Counted from the first letter of the stretch, positions 28,801-39,361 are shown. The stretch is 64,000 bases of DNA from Candidatus Sumerlaeia bacterium (GCA_033764015.1 JANRJK010000039.1:32001-96000); one strand, 5' to 3'. Notes: generated by a model not told the origin, from the letters alone. Numbers and translations: made by a program.

Positions 28801-30535
28801 GGGCCGCCCTCCGGGCTCGCGCGAACGAGAGGAAGCCTTCCGCGGAGAGGCAGTTCAGGCAGCGCTCGCGCGTCAGCCACCCCTTCCGGCCCTGCGCGAT
28901 GGCGAAGTTGACGTTCTCGAGCCCCGCCACTGTGTGCGCGTCCGCCGTCACCGCGATCCACACGCCCTCGTCGAGCGCGAACTTCACCAGCGTCCAGTCC
29001 AGCTCGAGCCGGTGCGGATCGCCGTTGATCTCGATCGCGACGCCTTCGCGCGCGCAGGCGCGGATCACCTCGCGCTCGTCGCACTTGATCCCGTCGCGCT
29101 TCAGGAGCAGGCGCCCCGTCATGTGCCCCACCACGGTCAGGAACGGATTCGCGGCCGCCGCGACGAGGCGCGCCGTCTGCTCCTCCGGCGAGAGCTGGAA
29201 GTGCTGGTGGATCGAGCCCACGATGAAGTCGAAGCGCGCGAGCGTCTCCTCGTCGTAGTCGAGGCGCCCGTCCGCGAGGATGTCGCTCTCGATGCCCTTC
29301 AGCAGCCGCACGCCGCGACCCTCCCCGTTGATGCGGTCGATCTCCGCGTGCTGGGCGGCGACGCGGTCGGGCTTCAGGCCGCCGGCGTAGAAGGCCGTCT
29401 GCGAATGGTCCGTGATGCCCATCCACTCGACCCCCGCGGCGCGCGCCCACGTGGCGTAGTCCTCCAGCTTCGGCGCGCCGTCGCTCCAGTTCGTGTGCAT
29501 GTGGAGCATCCCGCGCACGTCGCCCCGTTCGAGCAGGCGGGGAAAGTCCGCCGCCGCCGCGTGCTCGATCTCGCCGCGGTCCTCGCGCAGCTCCGGCGGG
29601 ACGAAGCGGAGGCCGAGGTGGGCGAAGACCGCCGCCTCGTCCGCCGCGGGAAGCGGCGCAGACCCGTCCTCCGGGTGCAGGCCGTACTCGTTCATGCGCA
29701 GGCCGCGGTCCTTCGCCAGCCGGCGCATCGCCGTGTTGTGCTCCTTGCTGCCCGTGAAGTGGTGCAGCGCGTAGGGGAACTGCGCGGGGGGGACGCAGCG
29801 CAGGTCCGCCTGGAGTCCCGACTCGAGGACGATGGAGGACTTCGCCTCGCCGTGCCCGAGCACGCGCTGCCGGTCCGGATAGTTGACAAAGGCAAGCATC
29901 ACCGCGGCGGGGTCTTCCGTCTCCGCGACGAAGTCGAGGTCCTTGACCGTTTCGCGCCAGCGCCGCAGCGAACCGGCCACCTCCGCGCGCGAGACCGCCT
30001 TGAGCCCGCGCAGGTAGCGCAGCACCGGATTCGCCGCGGCCCAGGCGCGGTCGAGCCGGACGCGCCCGTGGTTGGCGCGGAGCTGCGCGATCGAAAGCAG
30101 GAGGTTCTCCACGGTCTTCTTGCCGAAGCCCCGCAGCTCCGCGAGCCGCCCGTCCTTCGCCGCCTCCTCCAGGCCGTCCAGCGTCGTCACGCCGAGCTCC
30201 TGCCAAACCGACCGGATCTTCTTCGGGCCGAAGCCGTTGATCTTCGACAGTTCGACGAGCGTCGCGGGAACGCGCAGCCGCAGCTCGTCCAATTCGGCGA
30301 TGGCGCCGGTGCGCAGGTACTCGTCGATCTTCTCGGCCAACCCCTTGCCGACGCCGTCGATCTCCGTCAGGCGCCCCTCCGCGGCGAGCGCGCGCAAGTC
30401 GCCTTCGAACTCCGCCACGGCGCGCGAGCCCTTCTCGTGGGCGGCCACCTTGAAGGAGTTCGCGCCGTCGAGCTCCAGCAGCGCGGCCATCTCGCCGAGC
30501 CTCTTCGCCAGCATCAACACGTTCGCGTCCGCCAC
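28787..30535 (-). CDS. polX: DNA polymerase X with PHP 3'-5' exonuclease domain
   Basis: GFGPKK, AGSLRR..TVKDLD, HFTGSKEHN, HMHTNWSDG, TDHS, EIN, DAH. Confidence 0.95.
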   Translation of the reverse strand: MADANVLMLAKRLGEMAALLELDGANSFKVAAHEKGSRAVAEFEGDLRALAAEGRLTEIDGVGKGLAEKIDEYLRTGAIAELDELRLRVPATLVELSKINGFGPKKIRSVWQELGVTTLDGLEEAAKDGRLAELRGFGKKTVENLLLSIAQLRANHGRVRLDRAWAAANPVLRYLRGLKAVSRAEVAGSLRRWRETVKDLDFVAETEDPAAVMLAFVNYPDRQRVLGHGEAKSSIVLESGLQADLRCVPPAQFPYALHHFTGSKEHNTAMRRLAKDRGLRMNEYGLHPEDGSAPLPAADEAAVFAHLGLRFVPPELREDRGEIEHAAAADFPRLLERGDVRGMLHMHTNWSDGAPKLEDYATWARAAGVEWMGITDHSQTAFYAGGLKPDRVAAQHAEIDRINGEGRGVRLLKGIESDILADGRLDYDEETLARFDFIVGSIHQHFQLSPEEQTARLVAAAANPFLTVVGHMTGRLLLKRDGIKCDEREVIRACAREGVAIEINGDPHRLELDWTLVKFALDEGVWIAVTADAHTVAGLENVNFAIAQGRKGWLTRERCLNCLSAEGFLSFARARRAARAGA

Positions 30536-30539
30536 CGCC

Positions 30540-33401
30540 TCAGACCTTTCCGCCGCGCGCCGCTTGCAGGAGGTAGCGCCCCGTCACGCTTTCCGGCACC
30601 GCCGCCACCTGCTCCGGCGTGCCCTCGGCGACCACGCGGCCGCCGAACTTGCCGCCGCCCGGGCCCATGTCCACGATGTAGTCGGCGCGGCGAAGGAACT
30701 CAAGGTGATGCTCGATCACCAGCAGCGAAAAACCGCTCTCCAGCAGCCGGTCGAACACTTCCAGCAGCGTCTCCAGGTCCGACGGGTGGAGCCCCGTGGT
30801 CGGCTCGTCGAAGAGCAGCAGCGTGCCGCGCTGCTTCTCCGCCGCCGCCAGGTGCCCTGCGATCTTCAGCCGCTGCGCCTCGCCCCCGGAAAGCGTCGAG
30901 GTGCTCTGCCCGAGCCGCAGGTAGCCGAGCCCAACGTCGGCGAGTGGCTTCAACCCCGCCTCGATCTTGCGGTCGCCGGCGAAGAACGCGAGCGCCTCGC
31001 GCACCGTCATCGCGAGGATCTCGTTCACGTTCTTCTCCTTCCATCGGATGTCGAGCACGCGTTCCTGGAAGCGGGCGCCGTCGCACTTCTCGCAGGTCAC
31101 CTCGACGTCCGCGAGGAACAGCATCTCCACCGTCTGCGTGCCGGTGCCTTCGCAGGTTTCGCAGCGCCCGCCGGGCACGTTGAAGGAGAAGTCGCCCGGC
31201 TTGAGCCCGCGCGCCTTCGCTTCGCGCGTCGCGGCGAGCAGCGCGCGGATCTGGTCGTACGCCTTCAGGTACGTCGCCGCGTTGCTGCGGGTGCTGCGGG
31301 AGAGCGGCGACTGGTCGACAAGCACCATGTCGGCGACCCGGTCCAGTCCCGCGATGCGGGCCACGCGTCCCGTCTCCACGTCCGTGTCGCCCCGCTCGCG
31401 GCGGTAGTTGCCGTAGAGGCAGGCCTTGAGCAGCGTCGACTTCCCGCTCCCGCTCACGCCGGAGAGGCACCCGAGCACGCCGAGCGGCAGCCGGACCGTC
31501 AGGTTGCGGAGATTGTTCTCCTCCGCCCCCTCCACCGTGATCCAGCCGGTCGGCTTGCGGCGCCCGTGCGCGTCCTCCGCGGCGGCGTCCTTGGCCGGCT
31601 TGCCGCGCCGGCGACCCGCGAGTCCCGCGTCCAGGTACTTCGCCGTGACCGATTCGCCCGGCGAGGCGAGCAGGGCCTTCGGCGTGCCTTGGAACAGGAG
31701 GCGCCCGCCGCGTTCGCCCGCCTCCGGGCCGATGTCCAGCAGCCAGTCCGCCTCGCGCATCACTTCGAGGTCGTGCTCCACCAGCACCACCGTATTGCCG
31801 AGCTCCACCAGCGAGCGGAGGATGCGCACCAGCCGGTCTGTGTCCACCGGGTGCAGGCCGACCGTCGGCTCGTCGAGCACGTAGAGCGTCTCCGTGAGCG
31901 CGCTGCCGAGCGCCGTGGCGAGGTTGATTCGCTGCGCCTCGCCGCCGCTCAGCGTGCGGGTCGCGCGCGCCAGCGTCAGGTACGAGAGGCCGACCTCGTT
32001 GAGGTACGCCAGCCGCGCGCGCACCGCGGAAAGCGGCCGCTCGAGCGCTTCCTCCGCCGCCGCCGGCAGCTTGAGCGAGCCGAACCAGTCGGCGAGGTCC
32101 CCGACGCTCATCGAGCACAGGTCGCCGAAGCCCGCCCCGCCGAAGCGCACCGCGCGCCCCGCCGCCCCGATGCGCGCGCCGCCGCAGGAGCCGCACGGCT
32201 CGAAGGAGCGGTAGCGCGCGATCATGATCCGCGACTGGACCTTGTAGCGCGTCTCCTCCAGCCACTTGAAGTAGCCCGACACGCCCGGCCACTTCCCCTT
32301 GCCGAACTTGATGATCGACTGCTGCTCCGGCGGAAGGTCGCGGAACGGCGCCTTCGCGGCGATCTTGAACTCCTTGCCGTTGAAGCGCGCGAAGTAGTCG
32401 TACATCTCGCGCCCCGTCTCGCCGTTCCAGCACGCGATGCAGCCGTCGTCGATCGACAGCGACGGGTTCGGAATCACCTTCCCCCAGTCGATGCCGGTGA
32501 TGCGTCCGAATCCTTGGCACTCGGGGCAGGCGCCGAGCGGGTTGTTGAAGTTGAAGAGCGTCGGCTCCGGTTCGCGGTACGCGGCGCCGCAGGCGTTGCA
32601 CGCGAAGGCGCGGTTGAAGTCGAGGCGCGCCCCGCCGTCGATGACCGCGGCGCAGCGGCCGCCCGCGAGCTGGAACGCCGCCTCGACCGCCGTGGCGAGA
32701 CGCGAGCGCGAGGAGTCCTTCGCCACCACGCGGTCGATCACCACGTCCACCGTCTCGAGCGCGTCGATGCGGGATGCGTCCAGCTCGTCCAGCTCCGTCG
32801 CGGCGCCGTCGATCCACACGCGGTCGTAGCCCTGCCGCCGAAGCTTCGCGGAGGCCGTCTCCGCGCCGCCGCCCTGCCGCATCGCCACCGGCGCCAGCAC
32901 GACGAGTTTGGCCCCCTCCCCGCGCGCAAGGAGCGCGTCGCACGCGGACTGTGGCGAATCGGCTCGGACTCGGGTGCCGCAGTTGGCGCAGAACACCTCG
33001 CCCGCCCGCCCGAACAGCAGGCGCAGGTAGTCGTTGATCTCCGTCGCCGTGCCGACCGTCGAGCGCGCGTTGCGCACGGTGTTCTTCTGCTCGAGCGCGA
33101 TCGCGGGCGGGATGTGGTCGATCGAGTCGGCGTCGGGGCGCGCCATGCGGGCGAGGAACTGGCGCGCGTAGGTGGAGAGCGACTCGACGTACCGTCGCTG
33201 GCCCTCTGCATAGAGCGTGTCGAAGGCGAGGGAGGACTTGCCGGAGCCCGAGACGCCGGTGACGACCGTCAGCCGCCCGGCGGGGATGTCGCAGTCGATC
33301 CCCTTCAGGTTGTGGGTGCGCACGCCGCGCAGCGTGATCGGCGGCGCTTCGGGTTGCGGGGGCGGCGTCGGCTTGCGGGTGCGTGCCGCTTTCGTCGTCA
33401 T
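30540..33401 (-). CDS. uvrA: excinuclease ABC subunit A (UvrA or paralog)
   Basis: GVSGSGKSSLAFDTLYAEGQRRYVES, two LSGGEAQR/DEPT cassettes, Zn-finger CxxC pairs. Confidence 0.93.
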   Translation of the reverse strand: MTTKAARTRKPTPPPQPEAPPITLRGVRTHNLKGIDCDIPAGRLTVVTGVSGSGKSSLAFDTLYAEGQRRYVESLSTYARQFLARMARPDADSIDHIPPAIALEQKNTVRNARSTVGTATEINDYLRLLFGRAGEVFCANCGTRVRADSPQSACDALLARGEGAKLVVLAPVAMRQGGGAETASAKLRRQGYDRVWIDGAATELDELDASRIDALETVDVVIDRVVAKDSSRSRLATAVEAAFQLAGGRCAAVIDGGARLDFNRAFACNACGAAYREPEPTLFNFNNPLGACPECQGFGRITGIDWGKVIPNPSLSIDDGCIACWNGETGREMYDYFARFNGKEFKIAAKAPFRDLPPEQQSIIKFGKGKWPGVSGYFKWLEETRYKVQSRIMIARYRSFEPCGSCGGARIGAAGRAVRFGGAGFGDLCSMSVGDLADWFGSLKLPAAAEEALERPLSAVRARLAYLNEVGLSYLTLARATRTLSGGEAQRINLATALGSALTETLYVLDEPTVGLHPVDTDRLVRILRSLVELGNTVVLVEHDLEVMREADWLLDIGPEAGERGGRLLFQGTPKALLASPGESVTAKYLDAGLAGRRRGKPAKDAAAEDAHGRRKPTGWITVEGAEENNLRNLTVRLPLGVLGCLSGVSGSGKSTLLKACLYGNYRRERGDTDVETGRVARIAGLDRVADMVLVDQSPLSRSTRSNAATYLKAYDQIRALLAATREAKARGLKPGDFSFNVPGGRCETCEGTGTQTVEMLFLADVEVTCEKCDGARFQERVLDIRWKEKNVNEILAMTVREALAFFAGDRKIEAGLKPLADVGLGYLRLGQSTSTLSGGEAQRLKIAGHLAAAEKQRGTLLLFDEPTTGLHPSDLETLLEVFDRLLESGFSLLVIEHHLEFLRRADYIVDMGPGGGKFGGRVVAEGTPEQVAAVPESVTGRYLLQAARGGKV

Positions 33402-33479
33402 GGTGGCTGCGGTCCGGCGGGGTGGCTGAATGCACGGCGCCGGTCGGGGAGGCGCATCCCGTGCCGGACCGCGCGCGGG

Positions 33480-33905
33480 CTATTCGAGCGAGAAGGGGAT
33501 GGTGCCGTCGGGGTTGCGCCGGGTCTTCGCGGAGGCGCCGTACAACTCCTCCTCGTAGAGCGTGTCGTTGCCCTTCGCACCCTCCGGCTTCGCATCCGCG
33601 GCCGGCGGCGCGTGGTGGCCCTCGTGCGCGGTCGCGGCGCCGCTCAGCAGCGCGCAGATCGAGTGCAACTGCCCGGCGACGCACACCGCGTCCTTGTACT
33701 TCAGGTTGCGCGGCGACATGTCGCGCATCTCGCGGAGGATGCCGTTGCCGGCGAAGACCTGCTTCGCCTCCGCGAGCAGCGCGTTGAACGCGTCGGAGGT
33801 CTCGGAGTCCACCACGTTCACCGGGTTCAGGTGGGTCACGAAGCGGATGTCGTCGTAGAGCTGCTTGGTCAGGTAGTAGAGGACGGTGCGGGAGTCTGCG
33901 GGCAT
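33480..33905 (-). CDS. hypothetical helical protein
   Basis: Natural composition (VLYYLTKQLYDDIRF...), co-oriented between hom and uvrA. Confidence 0.7.
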   Translation of the reverse strand: MPADSRTVLYYLTKQLYDDIRFVTHLNPVNVVDSETSDAFNALLAEAKQVFAGNGILREMRDMSPRNLKYKDAVCVAGQLHSICALLSGAATAHEGHHAPPAADAKPEGAKGNDTLYEEELYGASAKTRRNPDGTIPFSLE

Positions 33906-33929
33906 TGCCGGTGGCACCCTTCCGCGGAG

Positions 33930-35060
33930 CTAGTCCGCCAAGGCGGTTTCAATTCGTCCCCGCAAGCGTGGAGACGGCGCGGGAGCATTGCCAAGGGCAG
34001 ATTCGGCGGCGGCTCCGAGGAGGCCGCGGCGCCCCTTCGCGCGGGCCATCCGCAAGGGCCAGGCGGTGGCTCCCCCCGCGCGCAGCCGCGCCACCCGCGC
34101 AAGATCCGACAGCACACCGGTCGCGCTGCTCTCGGCGCCTGCGCCGGGGCCGCTGAGGAAGATCCCGCCGGCCTCCGCGGTATCGATCCAAAGGCCGTTC
34201 CGCACGCCGTTGAGCTGCCCGAGCGGATGCGTCCGCGGGATGTACGCCGGGCGCACCGCGAGGCGCAGCCGGCCGTCCCGAAGCTCCGCGCTCGCCAGCA
34301 GCCGCAGCGCCAGCCGGTGCTCCAGCCCGTCGAGGATCTCGGACGGCGTCACGTGGCGGATGCCCGTGGTCGCCACGTCCTCCGGGCGAACCTCCTGGCC
34401 GAAGCAGAGCTGCGCCAGCACACAGAGCTTCTGCGCGGCGTCGTGCCCGTCCACATCCAGCGACGGGTCAGCCTCCGCGTAGCCGAGCGCCGAGGCCTCG
34501 GCCAAGGCTTCGCCGAACGTCATCCCGGCGCGCTCCGCCATCGAACTCAGGATGAAGTTCGTCGTTCCGTTCACCACGCCGTGGACCGAGCGGACGCGGC
34601 ACACGCCGAGGCTGTCCTCGATCACGTCGATCACCGGGGTGCCCGCGCCCACGGCCGTCTCGAAGAAGAGGAGGCGTCCCGCCGCCTCCGCGCGCGCCGC
34701 GAGCTCCGGGCCCCGGTGCGCCAGGAGCGCCTTGTTCGCCGTCACCACGTCGCGTCCGACGCCGATCGCGGCGGCCACCAGCGCGCCCGCGCGGTCGACC
34801 CCGCCGATCAGCTCCACCACGACGTCCGCATCCGCCGCCGCCAGCTCCTCGAGCGTCCCGGCCATGCGCACCGAATCGGGGAGTGCGAGCCCGCGCGCCT
34901 TCCCCGGGTCGCGGACGCACACCGCCGCCAGCTCGAGTCGGAGCGGCGACACCGCATGCACTGGATGCGAGGGATCCAGCAGCCACTCCGCGACCTTGCC
35001 TCCGACGCAGCCGAGGCCCGCGAGCGCGATCCGCAGCGTCCGCCGCGCGGCGCCGCTCAC
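33930..35060 (-). CDS. hom: homoserine dehydrogenase (no ACT domain)
   Basis: GLGCVG, VVTANK, GVVNGTTNFILS, LGYAEADP..DVDG.DAAQK, GPGAG. Confidence 0.93.
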   Translation of the reverse strand: MSGAARRTLRIALAGLGCVGGKVAEWLLDPSHPVHAVSPLRLELAAVCVRDPGKARGLALPDSVRMAGTLEELAAADADVVVELIGGVDRAGALVAAAIGVGRDVVTANKALLAHRGPELAARAEAAGRLLFFETAVGAGTPVIDVIEDSLGVCRVRSVHGVVNGTTNFILSSMAERAGMTFGEALAEASALGYAEADPSLDVDGHDAAQKLCVLAQLCFGQEVRPEDVATTGIRHVTPSEILDGLEHRLALRLLASAELRDGRLRLAVRPAYIPRTHPLGQLNGVRNGLWIDTAEAGGIFLSGPGAGAESSATGVLSDLARVARLRAGGATAWPLRMARAKGRRGLLGAAAESALGNAPAPSPRLRGRIETALAD

Positions 35061-36028
35061 GCCGGCTTCTTTCCGGACTTCTTCGCCGCCGGCTCCCGCA
35101 GCGCCAGCGTCCTCGAAGACACCTTCGGCAGCGACGTCATCGAGGCGACGACCGCGAGGCGCTCGGCGATGTCCTCGGAGGTGAGCTTCGTGATGCGCTT
35201 CACGCTGAAGTCCTCCACCGCGAAGCTCGCCATCACGCAGCCGACCTGCGTCGCGCGGACCAGGTTGTCCTCGGTGACCTTCCCGAGCCTCGCCAGGTAG
35301 CCCACCATCGAGGCCGCGAACGTGTCGCCGGCCCCCGTCGGGTCCTTCACCTTCCGCACCGGGAACGCCGGGATCGCGACGATGCGCTCGGGGAAGACCA
35401 CCAAAGCGCCGTGCTCGCCCTTCTTCACGATGACCGCCTTCGGCCCCATCTTGCGGACCGCGAGCGCCGCCTCGATCGTGTTGCTCGTTTCTGTGAACAT
35501 GCGCGCTTCCTGGTCGTTGATCATCATCACGTCCGCGCGCTTCACCACCTTGGTCAGCTCCGCCTTGCTGCCCTCGATCCAGAAGTTCATCGTGTCCACC
35601 ACGACCAGCTTCGGCGATTCCATCTGGGCGAACACGTGCATCTGCAGCGCCGGGTGGATGTTCGCCAGGAACACGAAGGGCGAGCGGCGCTGCGCTTCGG
35701 TGAGCTTCGGGCTGAACTGCTCGAACACGTTCAGCGCCGTCGTCGTGGTGAACGCCGTCCCCATGTCGCGCTCGTAGTAACCGTGCCAGCGGAAGGTCTC
35801 GCCCTCGCGCACCTCGAGCCCGGACAGGTCCACCCCGCGCGATTGCAGCAGCGCGAGGTGCTTCTTCGGAAAGTCGGTGCCCACGATTCCCACCAGCGAC
35901 ACGTCGGAGAAGAGGCTCGCCGCGATGCTTCCGTAGGAAGCGGAGCCCCCGAGAACTTCCTTCACATCCCCGTGGGGCGTGGAGATGGAGTCGAGGCCGA
36001 TGGATCCGACAATCAGGGTGGAGGGCAC
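35057..36028 (-). CDS. PfkB-family carbohydrate/nucleoside kinase
   Basis: VGSIGLD, LGGSASY, DTMNFWI, KKGEHG, DPTGAGDTF. Confidence 0.92.
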   Translation of the reverse strand: MPSTLIVGSIGLDSISTPHGDVKEVLGGSASYGSIAASLFSDVSLVGIVGTDFPKKHLALLQSRGVDLSGLEVREGETFRWHGYYERDMGTAFTTTTALNVFEQFSPKLTEAQRRSPFVFLANIHPALQMHVFAQMESPKLVVVDTMNFWIEGSKAELTKVVKRADVMMINDQEARMFTETSNTIEAALAVRKMGPKAVIVKKGEHGALVVFPERIVAIPAFPVRKVKDPTGAGDTFAASMVGYLARLGKVTEDNLVRATQVGCVMASFAVEDFSVKRITKLTSEDIAERLAVVASMTSLPKVSSRTLALREPAAKKSGKKPA

Positions 36029-36113
36029 ATGCGATCCTTGGTCCCCGGCGTGGCGGGGGGGCTGGCGCGCGCGAGGCGCGAACCGCTTAGGGCGCGGCAG
36101 CGCGCGCCGCGGG

Positions 36114-37148
36114 TCAAGGAGTAGGGGGCGCGGGCTCTTCCTCGACCACCGTGCGGTCGCCGAGGACGATCGGCAGCCAAAGCGCGTAGAGCGAGAAGCC
36201 CCCGTCGCGCCGTCCCCAGCCGAGCATGCCCCACAGCGGGCCGTGGCGCGAGTCGTCCGCGCGGCCGTCCTCGGTCCGTGTGCGGCTCGAATGCCAGAGG
36301 ATGCCGCCTCCGAGCGAGCGGCCCCGCTTGGTCCAACGCGCCGCGCCTTCCTCGCGCGTCTCGCCCGGACGCGCCGTGTGGACCGTGCGCCCGGAATAGC
36401 CCAGCCAGCCGATCAGCGGGCCGTGCGCCCACAGGTTCCGGCGCTCGTCCCCGCGCCCGATCGTGTCGAAGTCGTAGCTGGTCCAGGCCAGCGCGCCCGG
36501 GAGGCCTCCCGCCATCAACGGCAGCACCACGTATCCGCTCACGTCCGTCTGGGGGATCGGCTCCGCTTCCGTGCCGCCGAGCTGTTGGGCGGCGTCGAAG
36601 CGGGTCGAGGCGTAGAACGGGCCGAGGGTCCAGAGGTGCGTCGCCGCGTTGAACCGTCCCGCGTACCGCTCCGATTCCACGCCGACCCGGCTGAAGAGCA
36701 GCGGCACGCCGTAGGCCCGCACCTTGGGCGCGTCCGGCTTGCGGTCCGCCTCCGAAACGCCGGTCCAGAACGGCGACCATGTGAAGCGGAAGCCCGAGCT
36801 CGACTCCGCACCGCGCTGGAACTCCGCCGACTTCACCGAAATCCAGAGCGGCGCATTGAAAAGGATGAAGACACCCAGGTCGTGCCAACGCACCGAGGTG
36901 TAGTCCGCTTCCGTGGCGTCCTCGTTGAACACCCACTGCTTGATCGTCACCTGGTTAGGCAGCAGCCAGAACGAGGTGTTTCCGCCCTGCTTCGGTTTCG
37001 CCTCGTCGGCCCGCGTCCAGTACTCGTCCACAAGCGGTTCGCCGAGCCCCGGCGCGACACGGGTTCCGAGCGTCGGCGCTCCGGTGCGGATCGAGCAGCC
37101 GGCGAGCAACGGCAGGATGGCGAGCGGGAGGAATCGGCGCAGGGTCAC
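36114..37148 (-). CDS. putative lipoprotein, aromatic/beta-rich
   Basis: GTG start, LPLLAGC lipobox; repeated GP(F/L)..W elements. Confidence 0.7.
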   Translation of the reverse strand: MTLRRFLPLAILPLLAGCSIRTGAPTLGTRVAPGLGEPLVDEYWTRADEAKPKQGGNTSFWLLPNQVTIKQWVFNEDATEADYTSVRWHDLGVFILFNAPLWISVKSAEFQRGAESSSGFRFTWSPFWTGVSEADRKPDAPKVRAYGVPLLFSRVGVESERYAGRFNAATHLWTLGPFYASTRFDAAQQLGGTEAEPIPQTDVSGYVVLPLMAGGLPGALAWTSYDFDTIGRGDERRNLWAHGPLIGWLGYSGRTVHTARPGETREEGAARWTKRGRSLGGGILWHSSRTRTEDGRADDSRHGPLWGMLGWGRRDGGFSLYALWLPIVLGDRTVVEEEPAPPTP

Positions 37149-37306
37149 AGGGCGTCCTTGGAGTGAAGTCGACACGAGCAGAGTGCGGAGGAGCGTGGCG
37201 ACGCAAGCGCGGGAATGGGGCGGAGCCGCCCCCTCGGCGATATCCGTTGTCCAACCTCCCGCGGTATGGCCCTCTGCGTTGGCAACCCACCACTTGGAAC
37301 GCGCGC

Positions 37307-39361
37307 ATGGATCCGACCGCAAGCACCCGGGAAATCTACTGGAACATCAACATCCCGGAGCCTTGGCGGACCATCATCGTCGTGCTCCTCGGGTTCGTCC
37401 CGCTGGTGATCGTCGTCCGGGCGCTGCGCGCGCGATGGCTCGAATGGAAGTCCGTCGGCGCCCTCGACGAACTCCCCCCCCGCAGCGAGTGGCCCGACCG
37501 CGCGAAACGCACGCTCCTCGCCACGCTCGGGCAGACCCGCGTGCGCCGCCGCAAGCTCGGCGGCTGGACGCACACCGCTTTCTTCTACAGCTTCATCACC
37601 CTCTTCATCGGCACGTGCATCGTCGCCTTCCAGCACGATTTCGCACAGCCGGTGCTCGGCTGGTACTTCTTCCAAGGGTTCTTCTACGAAATCTACTCGG
37701 CGACCCTCGAAGTCGCCGGGGTCGTGGGCATCATCGCGGTGTCGCTTGCGCTCCACCGGCGCTACGTCTCCAAGCCGAAGCACCTCGGCGGCAGCATCGA
37801 CTGGGTTCCGTCGCTCTGGTGGCTGCAAGCGGTGCTCGTCACGGGGTTCCTGCTCGAGGGCGCGCGCATCTCCGGCACCGGCTTCCCGGAGTTCGAACGG
37901 ACCGCCTCCTTCGTTGGCTACCTGATCGGCACGCTGATCCCGCAGGACGCCGCCGCCTCGATCCATTTGGTGATCTGGTGGGGTCACTTCGCCATTTCGC
38001 TCGCGTTCCTCGCCACCTTCGGCGGCGCGGCGATGGGGCACGTGGCCAATTCCGCGGTGAACATCTTCCTCGCGCGGCCGCTCCCCGGGTCCGCGCCGAG
38101 GCCCATCGAGAACATCGAGGAAGCGGAGGTCTTCGGCGTCCTCACGGTGGACCAGTTCCGCCGCGCGCACCTTCGCGACGCCGACGTCTGCGTCCAGTGC
38201 GGACGCTGCGTCGAGGTCTGCCCGGCCAACATCACCGGCAAGCCGCTCAGCCCGAAGAAGATCGTCAACGACGTCCGCGACGCCTGGCGCGAGCAGCTCC
38301 TGCACCCCGCGCCAAACCTGGTCGAGCTGGTCGGCCGCGAGGACGGCAACAAGATCGACCCGGACGAGATCTGGTCCTGCACCACCTGCGGCGCGTGCGA
38401 GCGCGAATGCCCGGTCCACATCGAGATCGTCGAGAAGATCGTCGAGCTGCGCCGCGGCCAGACGCTGATGAAGTCCGAGTTCCCCCCCGAGATGCAGCTG
38501 GCGTTCACGAACCTCGAGCAGCAGGGCAACCCGTGGGGGAAGCCCGCCGACGAGCGCGGCAAGTGGACCGAGGAACTGGAAGCGGAGCAGTTCCACGTCC
38601 CGGTCGTCGGCGAGCCGGAGGCGGAGGGCGCCGAGTACCTGTTCTGGGTGGGGTGCGCGGGATCCTTCGACGCCAAGGGGCAGCGGACCTCGCGGGCGCT
38701 GGCGCGCCTGATGCGCCGCGCAGGGATCAAGTTCGCCATCCTTGGCCCGATGGAGACCTGCACCGGCGACCCAGCGCTGCGCTCCGGCAACGAGTACCTC
38801 TACCAGGTCCTCGCCAAGCAGAACATCGAGACGCTCCAGTCCGCCCCGAAGAAGATCGTCACCGCGTGCCCGCACTGCCTGCAGACGATCAAGAAGGACT
38901 ACGCGCTGCTGGGTGGCGGGTTCGACATTGTGCACCACTCGGAGCTGCTGTCGGAGCTGCTCGAAGCCGGGCGCATCCCGAAGGGGTCCGCGGACGTCGA
39001 CGCGGTGATCCACGACTCGTGCTACCTGAGCCGGCACAACGGCATCACGGAGCAGCCACGCGCCGTGGCCGAGGCCGCGGCCGGCGGCAGGGCCGCCAAG
39101 GAGCCCGCGCGCTGCGGCGAGAAGGGCCTCTGTTGCGGAGCCGGCGGAGGGCGCATGTGGATGGAAGAAAAGCTCGGCCACAAGAATGTGAGCGAAGAGC
39201 GCGCCGGCGAGCTGCTCGCAACGGGCGCCTCTACGGTCGTGGTGGCCTGCCCATTCTGCAAGACGATGGTCGGCGACGGCGCCAAGAAGGTGGCTCCCGA
39301 CCAGCAGGTGGAGATCATGGACATCGCGGAACTGCTCGAGAAGGGGCTGGAGGGGAAGTAG
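37307..39361 (+). CDS. membrane-bound Fe-S oxidoreductase, FadF/HdrD-like (TM domain, two 4Fe-4S motifs, two CCG domains)
   Basis: CVQCGRCVEVCP, CTTCGACERECP, GNPWG, TACPHC, HDSCYL, CCGAGGG, ACPFC. Confidence 0.92.
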   Translation: MDPTASTREIYWNINIPEPWRTIIVVLLGFVPLVIVVRALRARWLEWKSVGALDELPPRSEWPDRAKRTLLATLGQTRVRRRKLGGWTHTAFFYSFITLFIGTCIVAFQHDFAQPVLGWYFFQGFFYEIYSATLEVAGVVGIIAVSLALHRRYVSKPKHLGGSIDWVPSLWWLQAVLVTGFLLEGARISGTGFPEFERTASFVGYLIGTLIPQDAAASIHLVIWWGHFAISLAFLATFGGAAMGHVANSAVNIFLARPLPGSAPRPIENIEEAEVFGVLTVDQFRRAHLRDADVCVQCGRCVEVCPANITGKPLSPKKIVNDVRDAWREQLLHPAPNLVELVGREDGNKIDPDEIWSCTTCGACERECPVHIEIVEKIVELRRGQTLMKSEFPPEMQLAFTNLEQQGNPWGKPADERGKWTEELEAEQFHVPVVGEPEAEGAEYLFWVGCAGSFDAKGQRTSRALARLMRRAGIKFAILGPMETCTGDPALRSGNEYLYQVLAKQNIETLQSAPKKIVTACPHCLQTIKKDYALLGGGFDIVHHSELLSELLEAGRIPKGSADVDAVIHDSCYLSRHNGITEQPRAVAEAAAGGRAAKEPARCGEKGLCCGAGGGRMWMEEKLGHKNVSEERAGELLATGASTVVVACPFCKTMVGDGAKKVAPDQQVEIMDIAELLEKGLEGK

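Noticed and set aside
30072..35300. 1742-aa plus-strand ORF and other long antisense ORFs (for example 10232-13111, 28640-31183, 48771-51638, 8398-10911)
   Set aside because: Shadow frames opposite well-supported genes; Arg/Ala/Gly-rich with no motifs, as expected from stop-codon scarcity at high GC
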